A DNA stretch of 64,000 bases from Amphibalanus amphitrite (GCF_019059575.1 NW_024881521.1:601297-665296), one strand, 5' to 3'. Positions 1 to 12,667 are shown, counted from the first letter of the stretch. Notes: a model not told the origin generated them from the sequence alone. Program-made: numbers and translations.

Positions 1-440
1 AACGTGTCCCGCGGCGCGCCGTTTGCACGATTTCAATTCCTGTTGTCCGATATATTTCGGTAAATGATGTTATTATCGGCCTGCTCAGCCGGCCTGTCAC
101 TATCCCGATGTATTATGCATACGGGCTGCATACCAGTGAGCTCCAATCGGGGCCGCCGGGGCGGGGCGCCGACAGTACATCCCGAGAGAGGTCCTCGGTG
201 CGGTGAGACGCCGCCGCCGCCGCCGCCCTGCTGACTGCTCAGGGACCGGCATGGATTAATATTGGAGTTGCAATCGGGGAATACTGTCGAGTACTACACC
301 GTGCCATCGCCGGTCAACTAGTGTGAGTCAGATGGGTGTAGTTAGGACTTAGGGGAGAATAGGGCGTCCTTTTCTTTATGCGAAGAGAGATGATTCCCTC
401 CTCGATTCACCAATGACACTCCCCTCCCCCTGATCCTCAG

Positions 441-540
441 GTGACCGGTGTGGTGGGTCGCGCCGAGCTGCTGTCTTCTGTCTTCTTTCTGGCTGCCTTC
501 ATGGCCTATGCTCGGGCTGCCTCCGCACGACAAACGACAG
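441..540 (+). CDS. TMTC-family (TPR O-mannosyltransferase-like) exon; encodes ..VTGVVGRAELLSSVFFLAAFMAYARAASARQTT
   Basis: cctcag acceptor at 438-440, gtacga donor at 541; peptide matches conserved TMTC motif (VVGRAELLSA.FFL.AFL.Y); ends phase 1. Confidence 0.7.
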
Positions 541-1977
541 GTACGAACATAACCAACCGTGTGCGGCAGCTCCTTATGATTCCCAGCGGTCCGTCACGTG
601 TATATCAGACACATATATATTCGTGTTGTAAACCGCACACGGTATGCATAGGTCCTCCGTAACGTATCTCCTCTCAGTAAATGATGCGACTATCAAACGA
701 GACCATTCCATTGCTCTCATCATAACGCAATTGGTGGTGTTGGATACATGTGCCTTCCCCTGGTGTTCCGTCGCTCCATAGCCTCGGCGCCCATCCCCCG
801 GCAGTTACTTCTCGTGTTCCTTCACTCGAACTGCCCTCCATCTGTCCAAAAAGTGACATCGAGCCGTGTCCCGCCCGGTTGTCACTCGACCAGCTTTCAA
901 TGTGCACCTCGTGTCTGTGTGAGAGATGCTGTTCAGGGCTGGTCGGCTGTAATGGACGGATGATGTTGATGGTGTTCGACGCAGTCACCGCTGGTGATGG
1001 CACGTATGTCACCTGGTGACCGCCACCGTATGGAGACGAGTTGGGGAAGATATGTATCATGCGACTGTCTCAATACGGAAACAGTTGTGTCATGACTTGC
1101 TAGCAGGTTGATCGGACGCGCACTGTGTATTACCGGACAGTGGCTGTAAATATTATTATCGATCACTTTGGATGACTCCTTGACCTTCATGAGATTCTAG
1201 AGCTCGTAATCATGCACTTGTGTTTTTGGTGAGTGAGCCACTGATGTGCGACAGTACCTATGTCATCCTCTCGCGTCAGTCTGACGTCTGTGCCGTGCTC
1301 GTGTTATCAATTAAATCCGACTAATTAGTGATGTTCACGAGTCGGTGGCGGCGTAAGCAGATTGCAAGCGATCCTCTCTAGGCCCCATGCCCAGGTATCC
1401 TGTGTTGAACGTGCTTACAAACATGTACAAGGTCACTTTGGGAGCCCCGCTCTAAACTGGCCGGGCCGGGCGCCACGTATGGGCGGCCGGTCCCGACCCA
1501 GCCGCGCTCCTGCTCCGCGGATTAGTGTTTTCATGGCGCCTAATCTGATTTGGAAATTCAAAGCAGATAAGGTGTCTGTGCGGGGTCGTGTAGGCGAGAC
1601 TAGACCGGAGTGGGGCCCGCGGAATGTGCTGGCTGGGCTGCATCAGAGGAACTTGACTGAATGCAAACATGTGCAGCTCCTCAGGATAGTAGGAACTGGT
1701 AAGGGTGGCATGCCGGAAAGTGCAGAGGAAGAGAAAATAGACAGCCAAAGGAAACGCCGGATGTAATTAGGTGCGGAATGGAACATTCAACGTGAGGAAA
1801 CCAGCATTTAATGCTTAAAAAATACTTTTTCCAATCTGTTGTTACACTGCTCGCAACTGATAGGTATTCACGACTGTATGTATTGACTTTTTTTTTTTTT
1901 TGCTCTCTCAGACTGGCGGTGACTTGGGAGGACTGTGTTGTAGTGTGTAACATGTCCGTTACGTTGTGTTTCCTCAG

Positions 1978-2093
1978 ACTGGCGCTGGCTGGGGACGACA
2001 GTGCTGTGTATCACAGCAGCCATGTTGTGCAAGGAGCAGGGCATCACAGTGGTCGGCGTCTGCGGCGTCTACGAAGTCTTCGTTGTCAGAAAG
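1978..2093 (+). CDS. TMTC-family exon (..WRWLGTTVLCITAAMLCKEQGITVVGVCGVYEVFVVRK)
   Basis: tcctcag acceptor, aag|gtgagtc donor; phase-consistent with previous exon; MLCKEQGITV motif typical of TMTC. Confidence 0.7.
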
Positions 2094-2752
2094 GTGAGTC
2101 CGTAAAACATCTGGAAGAAAAATCTCAGCATTCTATGGTGTTGTAACGGTAAATGATACTAACCATTATTAGTTCCTGCTCTCTTTTCCTGCTCCCCGAC
2201 TCGACTTTTTACGCTGTTATCCTGAGTCTAAGCCACTGACGTTCCTCTCACTACTCGCAGTAAAGTACACATTTCAAATTACTAAGGTCCCCGATCCTGT
2301 CTGTATGTCGGAGTTGTCCGGCCCAGATCAGTTCAGTTGTCCGGCCCAGATCAGCTGGGAGCACGGCGGCTCAGCGGCCGAGCCACCGCCCTGATTGGGG
2401 CTTGCCGCACGTCCCTCTGTAATTGGCCGGTGTCGCCCGGGCGTGGCACTAAATCGCCGGCTCTAGACACTCTGTCACCGCGGCTCACGACAGACAGAGT
2501 TCCGAACTGGCCGGATCATCGCGGACTAGTGGAGAGCGCTGGTGCTGCTCTGTATTTGAAGCGCGAGACATGGCTAATTTCCCAGCTGAGCGTTGTTACC
2601 CGTCTGTAGTGTCTAGTGTCGTCATGCGCTTGTGACCGATCGTGACCCTATCGTTTGTGAGTGGTGACCTTAGTGAGAATCTCAATGACTTAAGATCTAT
2701 AAGCCCTCCTGTGACCCTGTATGACCCCATGTCCCCGTGCGTGCTGTTCCAG

Positions 2753-2928
2753 CTGCGCCTGAATTCTCTCCGGGCCGCTGTGGCCGGACTGAGCAGGGCC
2801 GGTAAGGCTCAGCCGCCGGACTGGCTGGGTGCCACCGTCGGCCGGCTGGCTACACTCGCCGTGGCCACCCTGTGTCTGCTCATCGGACGGGTGAAGATCA
2901 TGGGGGCACAGCTGCCCGTGTTTACTAG
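2753..2928 (+). CDS. TMTC-family exon (LRLNSLRAAVAGLSRAGKAQPPDWLGATVGRLATLAVATLCLLIGRVKIMGAQLPVFT)
   Basis: ttccag acceptor, ag|gttagt donor, phase 0 to 2; RAKIMGAQLPVFT is a conserved TMTC motif. Confidence 0.7.
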
Positions 2929-3243
2929 GTTAGTGGTCTACTGATTGTTCGTCGGCTGGTTTGGGGTTGTGTCGGCCGTCACTTTGATTAGAATTGAGAA
3001 TATTTGTTTGATGAATTTGTGAATGCTGACGGACGTTCTGTTGCTGCTAGGAGATATCATATGGAATATGTCTAGGGAAATATTTTGATCGTCCCACTTT
3101 TCAGCGTTGTTTAATCTGAAGTCTTTAATCCGAAGTCTAGCTTGCACGTTTATTTTAGTCAATCTCTATCGTCGCTTACGCCGTTGCGATAGCTCCACCT
3201 AGCCTGACCTGACCTGACCTGACCCTACCGCCTCTCTCCCCAG

Positions 3244-3496
3244 GTTCGACAACCCGGCGTCCACGTCTGACACGGCGACCCGGTGGCTGACCTACAACTA
3301 CCTGTTGGGTCTGAACACGGCCCTACTACTGGCTCCCGAGCCGCTCTGCTGTGACTGGACCATGGGCACCGTGCCGCTGCTGACATCTATCGGTGACCCG
3401 CGCAACCTGGCCACCCTGGCGACCTATGCTGGGCTGGCACTGCTGGTGTGGCGCGCCCTGGCCTCAGAGGATCGTGGATCCGATGTGGTTATCATG
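3244..3496 (+). CDS. TMTC-family exon (RFDNPASTSDTATRWLTYNYLLGLNTALLLAPEPLCCDWTMGTVPLLTSIGDPRNLATLATYAGLALLVWRALASEDRGSDVVIM)
   Basis: ccccag acceptor, atg|gtgaga donor; completes AG+G=Arg from previous exon; FDNPA..DWTMG..DPRNLAT is TMTC-like. Confidence 0.75.
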
Positions 3497-4166
3497 GTGA
3501 GAGCTGGGGATAGTTGTCGGGAAGGGAGAAGGGTGATCATAGCTAAGGTTTGCCCTCGGGTGGGTACTCGGTAGTAGGTGAAATGTGGATTGACTCGGTC
3601 AAAGTTTGTCCGTGTTTGTTGGGTAAGTGCTGTGGGGACGCTATGAAGACACTGAGTGAGTTATTTCAGCGGCGCTAGCGGAAACTTGTCACTGGTGATC
3701 TGATACCGGGGTAGTATGTCAGCGTGACCGACAGTCACTTGGCAGAGTTGTCGGGACCTTCCGCTGCTTTGTCGGTATGGTGACTGGACAGTCCATGCGT
3801 CAGCTAGTGTCATTCCTTCCTCAACATGTCAGGGTTTGCTCCCAGGCGGTCAACGCGGTTAGGCTCCCACGGCTCATCCAGTGTCCCACCAGCCAATAAT
3901 GAAATTGATTGACGATTTCAGCCATGGGAGGATTAGTGATTACTGAATGTTCTACCCTGTGGGAACTAATAATTCCGGGAACTAGCGCATGGTGCTTCTC
4001 AGTTCCCCATACTATTTAAAATTTAGGAGGGAGCCGGGAGACCTACAGACTGGAGCAACTCCCAGTAACGTGGACGGCTGTTGCGACGGTTGTGAACTGT
4101 GAGGTGGGATTCATTTTATCACAGTCTGCGGCACGCACCTAACGGTCTGATCCACCGGAGGAGGGG

Positions 4167-4232
4167 GGAATCGGTCCTGGTTTGGGGAATCGGTCCTGGT
4201 TTGGGGAATCGGTCCTGGTTTGGGGAATCGGT
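4167..4232. repeat. tandem ~20-bp repeat (ggggaatcggtcctggtttg) x4, intronic
   Basis: direct reading of sequence. Confidence 0.9.
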
Positions 4233-4882
4233 CCCGGTCCTGGCCTGACAGCTGGTCTGGTCCGCTAGTGACTGCTGGTGTTGAGGGGAGATAAGACTGC
4301 TGTTGGCAGCTGCCCGGGTGATATCACTGTCACAGACGTGTCAGTGCCTCCCTATCGTCCGATCGTCTGCGGTTGGTGCGGTCAGCTCGGTATTACCGGG
4401 CCGAATATCGCCTCACCAACTGACCGTCTGAGTGGGCTCCAGTTGGACCGAGTACCGTCTCAGATTGGTCCGCGGTGAGGTGGCAGGACGGCTGCGGGAT
4501 TAGTTCCGTACCGGTTATTGATCGGGTGGTGATGGCTGGGGTTCGGTAGTCACTGCTGAGCGAGGCTTGTGAATGATCCGTCCTGCCGTGGACGGCGACG
4601 AAGACGGTGTTATCACCATGGTTATGTGACCCAGATGTACTTGGTCAAAATGTTCCTGCTCGCCTGGCATCGCGTTGCTTTGGTATCGTGTCGTCTAGCG
4701 ACAGTATTTTTTTTAGGCTGATCGAAATTTATAGTAGAGTTTTCCGTTTGGTGGTGATATGTCTTCCTCTCTAGTCTGGTGCTGGCGACTCTCTCCTGGC
4801 TAATAGCCTGTCCCCAGTGTGACTATGACCCCGAGTGTACTGTCTGAGTGTCGCTGTAATTGACTCCGTCCGTCTGTTTCAG

Positions 4883-5031
4883 AGTCTGGCTCTGGTGGCA
4901 CTGCCGTTCCTGCCCGCCTCCAACCTGTTCTTCCCGGTGGGGTTCGTCGTGGCCGAGCGGGTCCTCTACATGCCCTCCATGGGCTTCTGCCTGCTAGTGG
5001 CCGCGGGCTGTCAGCGGCTGGTACAGACCGG
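4883..5031 (+). CDS. TMTC-family exon ([49 protein letters not shown])
   Basis: tttcag acceptor, gg|gtgagt donor; in-frame ORF track 4835..5035; AERVLYMPS motif conserved in TMTC. Confidence 0.7.
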
Positions 5032-5876
5032 GTGAGTACAGCTGACGTTCGGCCCCGCTGCACTGGTTAGCTGGTGGTGACCGGCCGGCCGGGTCCCTGT
5101 GTTTGAACTCGGCGGCGGCCAGCGGCCCTCTGTCCAATTAGCCCCCTGTTTGCCGTTCTCTCTGTCGGGCTGTGTGTCTGTTTGTCTGGGTGTGGGAGGA
5201 TGACAGACGGTCTGTCCGCTTCCTGTTGCCCGGCCGCGCCATTAACCACTCAACCCAGCCCACTACCGATTAAATTCCGCACGACCAAACCCAGCTCTGC
5301 TCTCGTCCATTTGCGGCAGTGCTCGGTCACAGAGCGTCACCGAGCGGTGTAGAGTGCACTCCGTTAATAAGTCACCGCGTCACCGCAGTCGGCGTGTCAC
5401 GTGCGTCGGAAACGACCCCCGCGCGGCCCATTCGTCCCGTCACTGTCCGACCCCCCCCCCCCCCCTCTCTCTACTGTCGCCCCTCAGCTGAACGGGCCGA
5501 TGGGATGATTTGTCGTCGCGCTAGTATCCCGCTGCCGGTAGTAAACTTGGGTATTCGGTGGTATTTTTGGACTCGAGTTGCCAAGAACCCGGAGGTCCAT
5601 CGGGATTCTTCTGGTGCAATGACTGGCCATAAGCGTCTCAAGAGCCCAATTTATCCAATATCGTTGATGGACGAATCCGCGAGATTGACTTACAATTCAG
5701 TATACTCGGATACTGTCAAAGTGGTAGCGCTTTCAGAGCCATTTCATTTAATAATCGTTTAGGACATACCCCATTACGTCTCTGCAGACCTCTTTTTCTT
5801 TGGTTATTTCAGCAGAACTGTTTAACGTGGGTAGTTCCTTGTGCACTGACCCCATTATCATCCATTCTCTCTCCAG

Positions 5877-6098
5877 TCGTCACCGGACGGCTGTCTGGCT
5901 CGGAATGTCCGTTCTGCTGATATCACACGGTCTGAAGACCCACTGGCGTAACTGGGACTGGAGGGACGAGTACTCCATCTTCACAGCCGGCCTGCGCGTC
6001 AACAGGAACAACGCCAAGCTGTATAACAACGTGGGCCACGCGCTGGAGGGCCGGCAGGAGTACGAGCGGGCGCTGGTCTTCTTCCAGCATGCCGTCAG
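5877..6098 (+). CDS. TMTC-family exon, first TPR region (..RHRTAVWLGMSVLLISHGLKTHWRNWDWRDEYSIFTAGLRVNRNNAKLYNNVGHALEGRQEYERALVFFQHAV)
   Basis: ctccag acceptor, cag|gtagga donor; ORF track 5800..6102; phase-consistent. Confidence 0.7.
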
Positions 6099-6963
6099 GT
6101 AGGAATCGTGCCAATGGGGCTGGGTCGCTGCGGATAGGGGATGGGGGGGGGGGTGGACTTGACTGATAGGAGTTGGAAAGTTCACAATGTGATGGATTGG
6201 CTCGTCTTTTATCACGACAGCCTGCCATGAGTGGTTTGAGTCGTAGTCGCTCGCTGAATCGGCCATTTGTCGCTCGCGTTGTGAGTTGCGCCGCTACTGC
6301 GCTCCGCTCTGGCCGTTCGTTTTCATTGAGTCGGAGCGGCGGGCGCGAATATTGCCGAATGAATGGGCGGCCGACAGTGACAAACGGAAACCGATGTGCC
6401 GAATCCCGGCTCGTTGTGATCCAATGCAACACGACGTCGGCGCCGCTGGACCGAAACCATGAATAATCAATGGGTGGCCACATGCATATGCATCATGGTT
6501 TGGCCCATTTCGGCTCGGCGCTGCGACCACTGCGCTGAGTAATGACGGTTGCCACCTCTGAAAACGGCCGCTCATTCACTGGCAGCACCGGGTGTCTGTC
6601 ATTGGTCGCCGCCAGTAATCGGGCACTGTAGTCAGGCATACTGGCCGCTGGTATGTCGGGGAGGGGAATAAGTGCATCGTCTGAATTAGTTATACACACA
6701 TGGGCGAATAGTTGGTTTACAAAGCGTCTCTCGGGCCCCTGTTCGACTGATTCCCGGTTGTGCAGTCTATTCGATGCGGTTGATTGTATTGAATTGTTAT
6801 TTGTGTGAACGCAGACCTATTATTTGAGAACTGTTGCTTTTCTCGATATCATAGTCCCTTGGATTGCCATCGTCGGCTGGTACTGTCTGTAATTGTACTG
6901 CATTTGTACCAGACGATACGGAGACCTATAATTTGTAACGCCGCTCTCGTCCTTCCGTTACAG

Positions 6964-7057
6964 AGTGCAGGAGGACGATATCGGAGCGCATATTAACGTG
7001 GGCCGGACCTACACCAGTCTGCATATGTACGACAAGGCCGAACAGGCGTATCGCACG
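6964..7057 (+). CDS. TMTC-family exon (RVQEDDIGAHINVGRTYTSLHMYDKAEQAYRT), TPR
   Basis: gttacag acceptor, acg|gtaagt donor; phase-consistent. Confidence 0.65.
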
Positions 7058-8358
7058 GTAAGTTCGATCAACTAAGACCGACCGTGGAAGGAGGCGGTGG
7101 GCTGTTCATAGTTTGTCACCATGCTGATTGCTGGGTCTGGGCGGGGTGGACGTGGGGGGTGGGGTCACTCAACCCAGTACTCTTGGGCTCTGGGCGTTAA
7201 ACTCACAATGATGGGCTGTGAGCTAGATGTGGACAGAACGTTGGTGCGAGTCTAAAAGTGGCGCCGGCGTCCCAGATTTCCGAGCTCAGCCTGCGATCCG
7301 CGTTGAAACTTTGGGCGTATCTGAGACAGATCCCGGAGCCGATTAAAGCGACTGCGCCGGCTGCAGCGGCCCGGGTCCCGTATCTCGGCAGCTGGGTCTA
7401 GGAACTGAGCCTCCCCGCCTCTCACCCGGGGCAGACTCGTGGCCGGTCCAAAAGCAGTGGAGCGAATCTCTCCCCCCCCCCCCCCCCATTCCTGACTGAA
7501 GTTTGGTCCAACCGGCCATCCTCAGATGTCCACAGTACATTGACGCCCGCATTGAGATATCGTCAGAAAACTGCCTCGGGTGGCTGACTGCGCAGGGATT
7601 CCTGAGACTCGGACCCGCGAGTTGCCCCTTCCCCACGGCGGTACCCCCACCTCCCCTCCCGCCCCGTTCCTCGGGCGGTGGCCCTGGAGACAGACAGCCG
7701 CGGGTGGTGATTTCAAAGTTGAATGGACGACCACCGATGCCGAGTTTACAGTGTCTTGCTTGGCTGTATTTGCAATGTCAGCTGGGCTCATCACACTATA
7801 TTTGTAACTGGCGCTGGGCATTCATTGCCGGTGGAAGGCCCTACGTAGTTTGCTACAACGGGTCTCTAATAAACGGGTACTTTGCTCAATGACGGATACG
7901 GCGTTAGTGCTTTCCCACTTAAGTAAATCAAAATTAGATATATGTAGCAGCAAAATTATTTGTGGCGTTGATCAGGGTCGTATCGTTGACAATGTCCTCA
8001 TAGTTATATCATAGGTTATTCCGCCATCTCTCGTCCCGGGTAACGGTATAGTAGGCACGCCGAGCTACTCTTCGCCGCGGTTTGTGGTCGTACCGTGCTA
8101 ACTCTGAGCTACAACACGGACGTAAAGTTCTGTAGGTGATGGAACGGCAAGCCGGCGCGGCTGAGGGATGGCTCCAATTTGGTCCGGATTGGTGGCGCCG
8201 GACTGAAGGCTGATCCATCACTGGACGCGCGGCGGTCGGAGCGTGTGCTGCCAATGTGTGTTCAGTGACCGGAAGTTTGTTTTTAGTTTTAGTGTGATTA
8301 GTATTCCTATCTGGTGTTCCCTGCAACAGTGTGTGACTTGCCCCTCTCCTTTTCACAG

Positions 8359-8649
8359 GCGAAGTCGCTGCTGCCTCGCGCCCGGCCCGGCCAAGTGTAC
8401 CAGGCACGTATCGCGCCCAACCACCTGAACGTGTTTCTGAACCTGGCGAACCTCCTGGCGCGCAACCACAGCCGCCTGGAGGAGGCGGACGCTCTCTACC
8501 GACAGGCGATCGGCATGAGGGCCGACTACACTCAGGCCTACATCAACAGGGGTGATGTGCTCATCAAGCTGAACCGTACACAGGAGGCGCGCCGGGTCTA
8601 TGAGACGGCGCTCACATACGATAGCCACAACCCGGACATCTACTATAAC
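8359..8649 (+). CDS. TMTC-family exon, TPRs (AKSLLPRARPGQVYQARIAPNHLNVFLNLANLLARNHSRLEEADALYRQAIGMRADYTQAYINRGDVLIKLNRTQEARRVYETALTYDSHNPDIYYN)
   Basis: tttcacag acceptor, aac|gtgagt donor; 97 codons in frame (ORF 8314..8673). Confidence 0.75.
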
Positions 8650-9705
8650 GTGAGTCAACGGGTCTGTCGGTGATACATTGATCAATGGGTGTTGCTGATT
8701 TTCCCGGCCTCTTCTTTTTCATCAGTCATTTTCCGTGAGTCAGTCCGTTGTTCATTTAGTCGGGTAGTTATTTCAGCCAACCGGTGAGCTAGCCTGCCAG
8801 TCATTCACCGTGTCATTTACCTACCCATTCCCGGCGGCCCAACCCCACCCCTCCATATTCTGGCTGTTGGAGCCTGTTGTGGCTGGGGTTATGTAGACAG
8901 TATACACACTGTCGTTGCGGCGTTCGGTCAGTTGCCGGGCGGTGTCCGGTGGTAGTATTTCCTTTACCACCCTGTTGTGTGCAGTGTGGGCCGATGGCCT
9001 GTCGGCCCGCGATACGGCGTCGGGCGCCGTGTTACCATCCGGGCCGCCATGGCGACTGGGACGGGGTGTGGGGGCCGCCGACCATCCGATTCCCGAGACA
9101 AGGATGTGAGATGGGGTGGCCGCCTGGCGCACACGGCGTGGGCTTATCTTCACTGACGGGCTGTGTGCCAGACGCTATGTTGTGTAGCTCGCAACAGAAC
9201 AAAACGTGATTGATTAGTAAACGTAATGATAACATCCTCCTCTCCGTCTTCGCTTCTTCCTGGGCTCATTTCGCTGTGAAACTACCGCAGTATTTGGTTG
9301 TCTAACACACCATCTCCTCTCCCTTCCTCAGCTGGGCGTGGTGTGTCTGGAGCAGGGCCTCCAGGCCCAGGGACTGGAGTTGTATGCTCTAACACCCCTC
9401 CCTCCCCCTTCTCTCCTCTCTGTTACAGCTGGGCGTGGTGTGTCTGGAGCAGGGCCTCCAGGCCCAGGAACTGGAGTTGCGTACTCTAACACCCCTCCCC
9501 CTCTCTCCTCTGTTACAGCTGGGCGTGGTGTGTCTGGAGCAGGGCCTCCAGGCCGAGGAACTGGAGTTGTATGCTCTAACACCCCTCCCTCCCCCTTCTC
9601 TCCTCTCTGTTACAGCTGGGCGTGGTGTGTCTGGAGCAGGGCCTCCAGGCCCAGGAACTGGAGTTGCGTACTCTAACACCCCTCCCCCGCTCTCCTCTAT
9701 TGCAG

Positions 9706-9987
9706 CTGGGCGTGGTGTGTCTGGAGCAGGGCCTCCAGGCCGAGGCGCAGGCCTACCTGGACAGAGCGCTCGAGCACGACCCCGACCACCAGCAGGCGCT
9801 GCTCAACTCGGCGGTGATTATCCAGGAGGAGGGGCCCCCGGAGCGGCGGCCGCTCGCCTACCAGCGGCTCCACCGGCTCATCGCGCTCCGACCGTCGGCC
9901 GTCGGACTCGACAGGGTCTACTTCAACCTGGGCATGCTGGCCATGGACGACCACGACCTGGTGCCCGCCGAGGCCTGGCTCAAAAAG
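9706..9987 (+). CDS. TMTC-family exon, TPRs (LGVVCLEQGLQAEAQAYLDRALEHDPDHQQALLNSAVIIQEEGPPERRPLAYQRLHRLIALRPSAVGLDRVYFNLGMLAMDDHDLVPAEAWLKK)
   Basis: ttgcag acceptor at 9700-9705, aag|gtgagt donor; this is the last of five tandem acceptor+exon-start copies, and which copy is used in vivo cannot be told from sequence. Confidence 0.65.
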
Positions 9988-10217
9988 GTGAGTAATGCGA
10001 GCCAAGGACTAGAGTGACTGTTCAAACTGTGACTGAGCTCATTTCGGCACCCCGCGTCCATCGTGTAAGTGGTTTAGCGGCGCGGGCTGGTCGGCCAAGC
10101 GGGCAGTTCGAAGTTGAGGTAGCCTTAGTGTTGATGCGTGCCTAGTATGCTCAGTTTCCTCTGTAAAGCCGCGCTGTGTGTTCTCAGTAGGCTGATTCCC
10201 GCCGGTCCCCTCTCCAG

Positions 10218-10412
10218 GCGGTGGAGGTGCGTCCCGAGTTCCGTTCGGCGCTGTTTAACCTGGCGCTGCTGCTGAGTGACGCCGGCCGGCCGCTGGAGGC
10301 CGTGCCCTTCCTCACCCGGCTGGTACAACATCACCCGGACCACGTCAAGGCGCTCATCCTGCTCGGAGACATCTACATCAACAACATCGAGGACCTGGAC
10401 GAGGCGCAAAAG
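10218..10412 (+). CDS. TMTC-family exon (AVEVRPEFRSALFNLALLLSDAGRPLEAVPFLTRLVQHHPDHVKALILLGDIYINNIEDLDEAQK)
   Basis: ctccag acceptor, aag|gtgggc donor; 65 codons. Confidence 0.7.
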
Positions 10413-10692
10413 GTGGGCTGCGTGGGTACGGCAAACCGGTAGGAGGCGTTCTCAGGCTGTCTATGGGTCCCGAATCGGCAGCTTGGTGGCGTGATCAAAA
10501 GTAATGCTGTATGGCTTAATGTATGGCTTAATGAGTGATCAACTATTGCTTGCGTTGCACTGTTTCCGTGGTCGGTCAGTTTTGAACGCCTGAGTGGTTA
10601 GCGGCCGGCGGCGGTGGCCGGTGGATGGCGCTCATTTCCCCCGCGCTCTATCGTTCATTCTCTTACCTGCTCCCTCGCTCTGTCGCCCGCAG

Positions 10693-10917
10693 TGTTACGA
10701 GCAGATTCTGCGCGTGGATCCGGATCACGTGCAGGGATTGCACAACCTCTGCGTAGTCCACGTGAAGCGGGACGACCTGGAGCGCGCCCAGCAGTGTCTG
10801 GAGCGGGCAGCTCGGCTGGCGCCCGACGAAGACTACATACAGCGACATCTACAGATTGTCCGAGCGCGCCGCCAGGCGGCCAAATCGGCAACTAGGCGGC
10901 CCGAGCCGGGCGCATAA
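10693..10917 (+). CDS. TMTC-family terminal coding exon (CYEQILRVDPDHVQGLHNLCVVHVKRDDLERAQQCLERAARLAPDEDYIQRHLQIVRARRQAAKSATRRPEPGA*)
   Basis: cccgcag acceptor; TAA stop at 10915-10917; matches ORF 10594..10917. Confidence 0.75.
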   Translation, partial: CYEQILRVDPDHVQGLHNLCVVHVKRDDLERAQQCLERAARLAPDEDYIQRHLQIVRARRQAAKSATRRPEPGA

Positions 10918-12159
10918 CAGCCGACCGTGGGTGTTGGCTGAACTCTTGGCGCTGTGATAACCCGCGACGCTCCCCGCCCGGGCCTGCGGTACTTTTCGCG
11001 TGTCTGAGACCGCGCGGGCCAGTGGTCGCCCCGCCGGCTCGGAGCGTCGTCCTGCTTTAATCTGTGTAAATCCGCCGGGCCCTGGGGGCATCGGCGGACG
11101 GTCATACGACATGGTATTGTCAGGAACTGTCCTCTGTGAACTCTGTGTCCTAATGACGAGCTGTAATGAGAGCGTTATCACCGGGCTATTTTGATGCTGT
11201 TGTGCTCAATATTTTATGTAAGCTTGCGAGATGATTGTTATTTCTGTGCGAACTGCGATACGTGTTGTGGTAGCACGGTTGACGTGTCGACTGCGGGTGC
11301 TTGTGACAACTGTTGTTCGGTATGGATTGGCACGGTGGTTTTTGTTGTGCACTGTAACAGGGTACATCAGATCAGGAGCTGGTCCCTGAGGGTGACTCCT
11401 CGGCTGGGCGCCGGACCCTGGAGGTCCCGCAGATCGGGCACCGAGGCGCGGCGGGCCCCGTCGGAGCCGATATTGACTGTGATAAAATACATACAGTATA
11501 CATTCCGCTTAATGTGTGGTTCGGGTGTGTGCCCCAGAAAATCCACGATTCTTCCAGTTCATCACATAAGATAAGGAACAACGTTGTATCTTCGCGAACA
11601 ATCAAAGCACAATCAACACACCGTGCACAGACACTCGATGCCGTGAAAGCTCAGGTACAAGCGAGGACGAAGCCGCTAGAGCGCCCGGACGAGCTATGGC
11701 TTTTCCGTCCGAAAGTCCGAATCGGGTGCGTTGATCACGGACGCAGCCGGGGCAACATGTGATGAGTGAGTGTGGTCCATATGGTGGACAAATCCAGGCA
11801 CAAGCGAAAACCCCGGGGATAGTCGGGTGGCAGTTATGAAAATGACATCGAATGCAACGTAATTGTTCAGTATGAGGCGCTACTTTGACAAGCCTGTCAT
11901 CGGTACATCAGAACCACCTCGGTATCAAATCTCACACAATAATCTCATGACGTTGGGCTTAGACAGAAGGTCTGAAGCACCTCTTCGCCAACTGATTCCG
12001 AACTTCAAGCACCGTCCGCGCTCCCAGCACAAAGTCCCGGGTCGAACACTCTCCACCTCGCGGCGCTACCCGCGTTACCTTCCACAGCTTACCAGTTTGT
12101 ACTGCAGGCTCCTCTCACACTCTGAGCCGCGGGGCGCCCGTGGCACGGACCGCGGGCCG

Positions 12160-12267
12160 TCACTGCTGCTGCCGAGCCTGTTCGCGCTGCTCGCGGGCCT
12201 CCTGCAGCTGCAGCGCGCGCTCATACTGCTCCTGCCACTGCTCTGGCTCCACCTCGTCACCCCAGAT
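12160..12267 (-). CDS. NSMCE3: NSMCE3 / MAGE-homology-domain protein, last coding exon (IWGDEVEPEQWQEQYERALQLQEAREQREQARQQQ*)
   Basis: rc translation; ccccacag acceptor; TGA stop at 12160-12162 (minus strand). Confidence 0.7.
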   Translation of the reverse strand: MWGDEVEPEQWQEQYERALQLQEAREQREQARQQQ

Positions 12268-12535
12268 CTGTGGGGAGGGGGGGGGGGAGACGGGACGATC
12301 AACGGCGCTCGCAGGGCAACTAGAATACATTTAGTGATATCGGTGATAATATACACACCCTCTTCGGGACTCTGGAGTTTCTCACTCAACTCCTCCCTCT
12401 AAGCGTCCCGCTTACGTAACTTCCCTTGTGTAGAGTTCCTAAATCAACCCACCACTCGTTAGCTTACCATTCATACTTCCATTACTTTCGAATGCTTCCC
12501 CAATTTCCGTTCACTCAGCTCGAAGAGTGTCTCAC

Positions 12536-12667
12536 CGTACAGACGAACTTGAGCAGGTCGACGGCGTCGACACCCACAGAAGCGGCGTCTCCCCAGAAGA
12601 ACCGTAGCACCGTGACACCCTTCACCACCTCCTCCTCTTTACGCAGGTAGCCGGCGCGACAAAACTC
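12536..12667 (-). CDS. NSMCE3: NSMCE3/MAGE-like exon (EFCRAGYLRKEEEVVKGVTVLRFFWGDAASVGVDAVDLLKFVCT)
   Basis: matches MAGE homology domain C-terminus (..YLEYRQVP..YEFLWGPRA..KMKVLEFVAK pattern); gacag acceptor, acg|gtgaga donor. Confidence 0.75.

Noticed and set aside
9298-9679. ORFs 9338..9676, 9435..9995 etc. reading LGVVCLEQGLQAQ repeatedly
   Set aside because: Produced by the tandem acceptor/exon-start copies. Only the last copy continues into genuine TPR-coding sequence.
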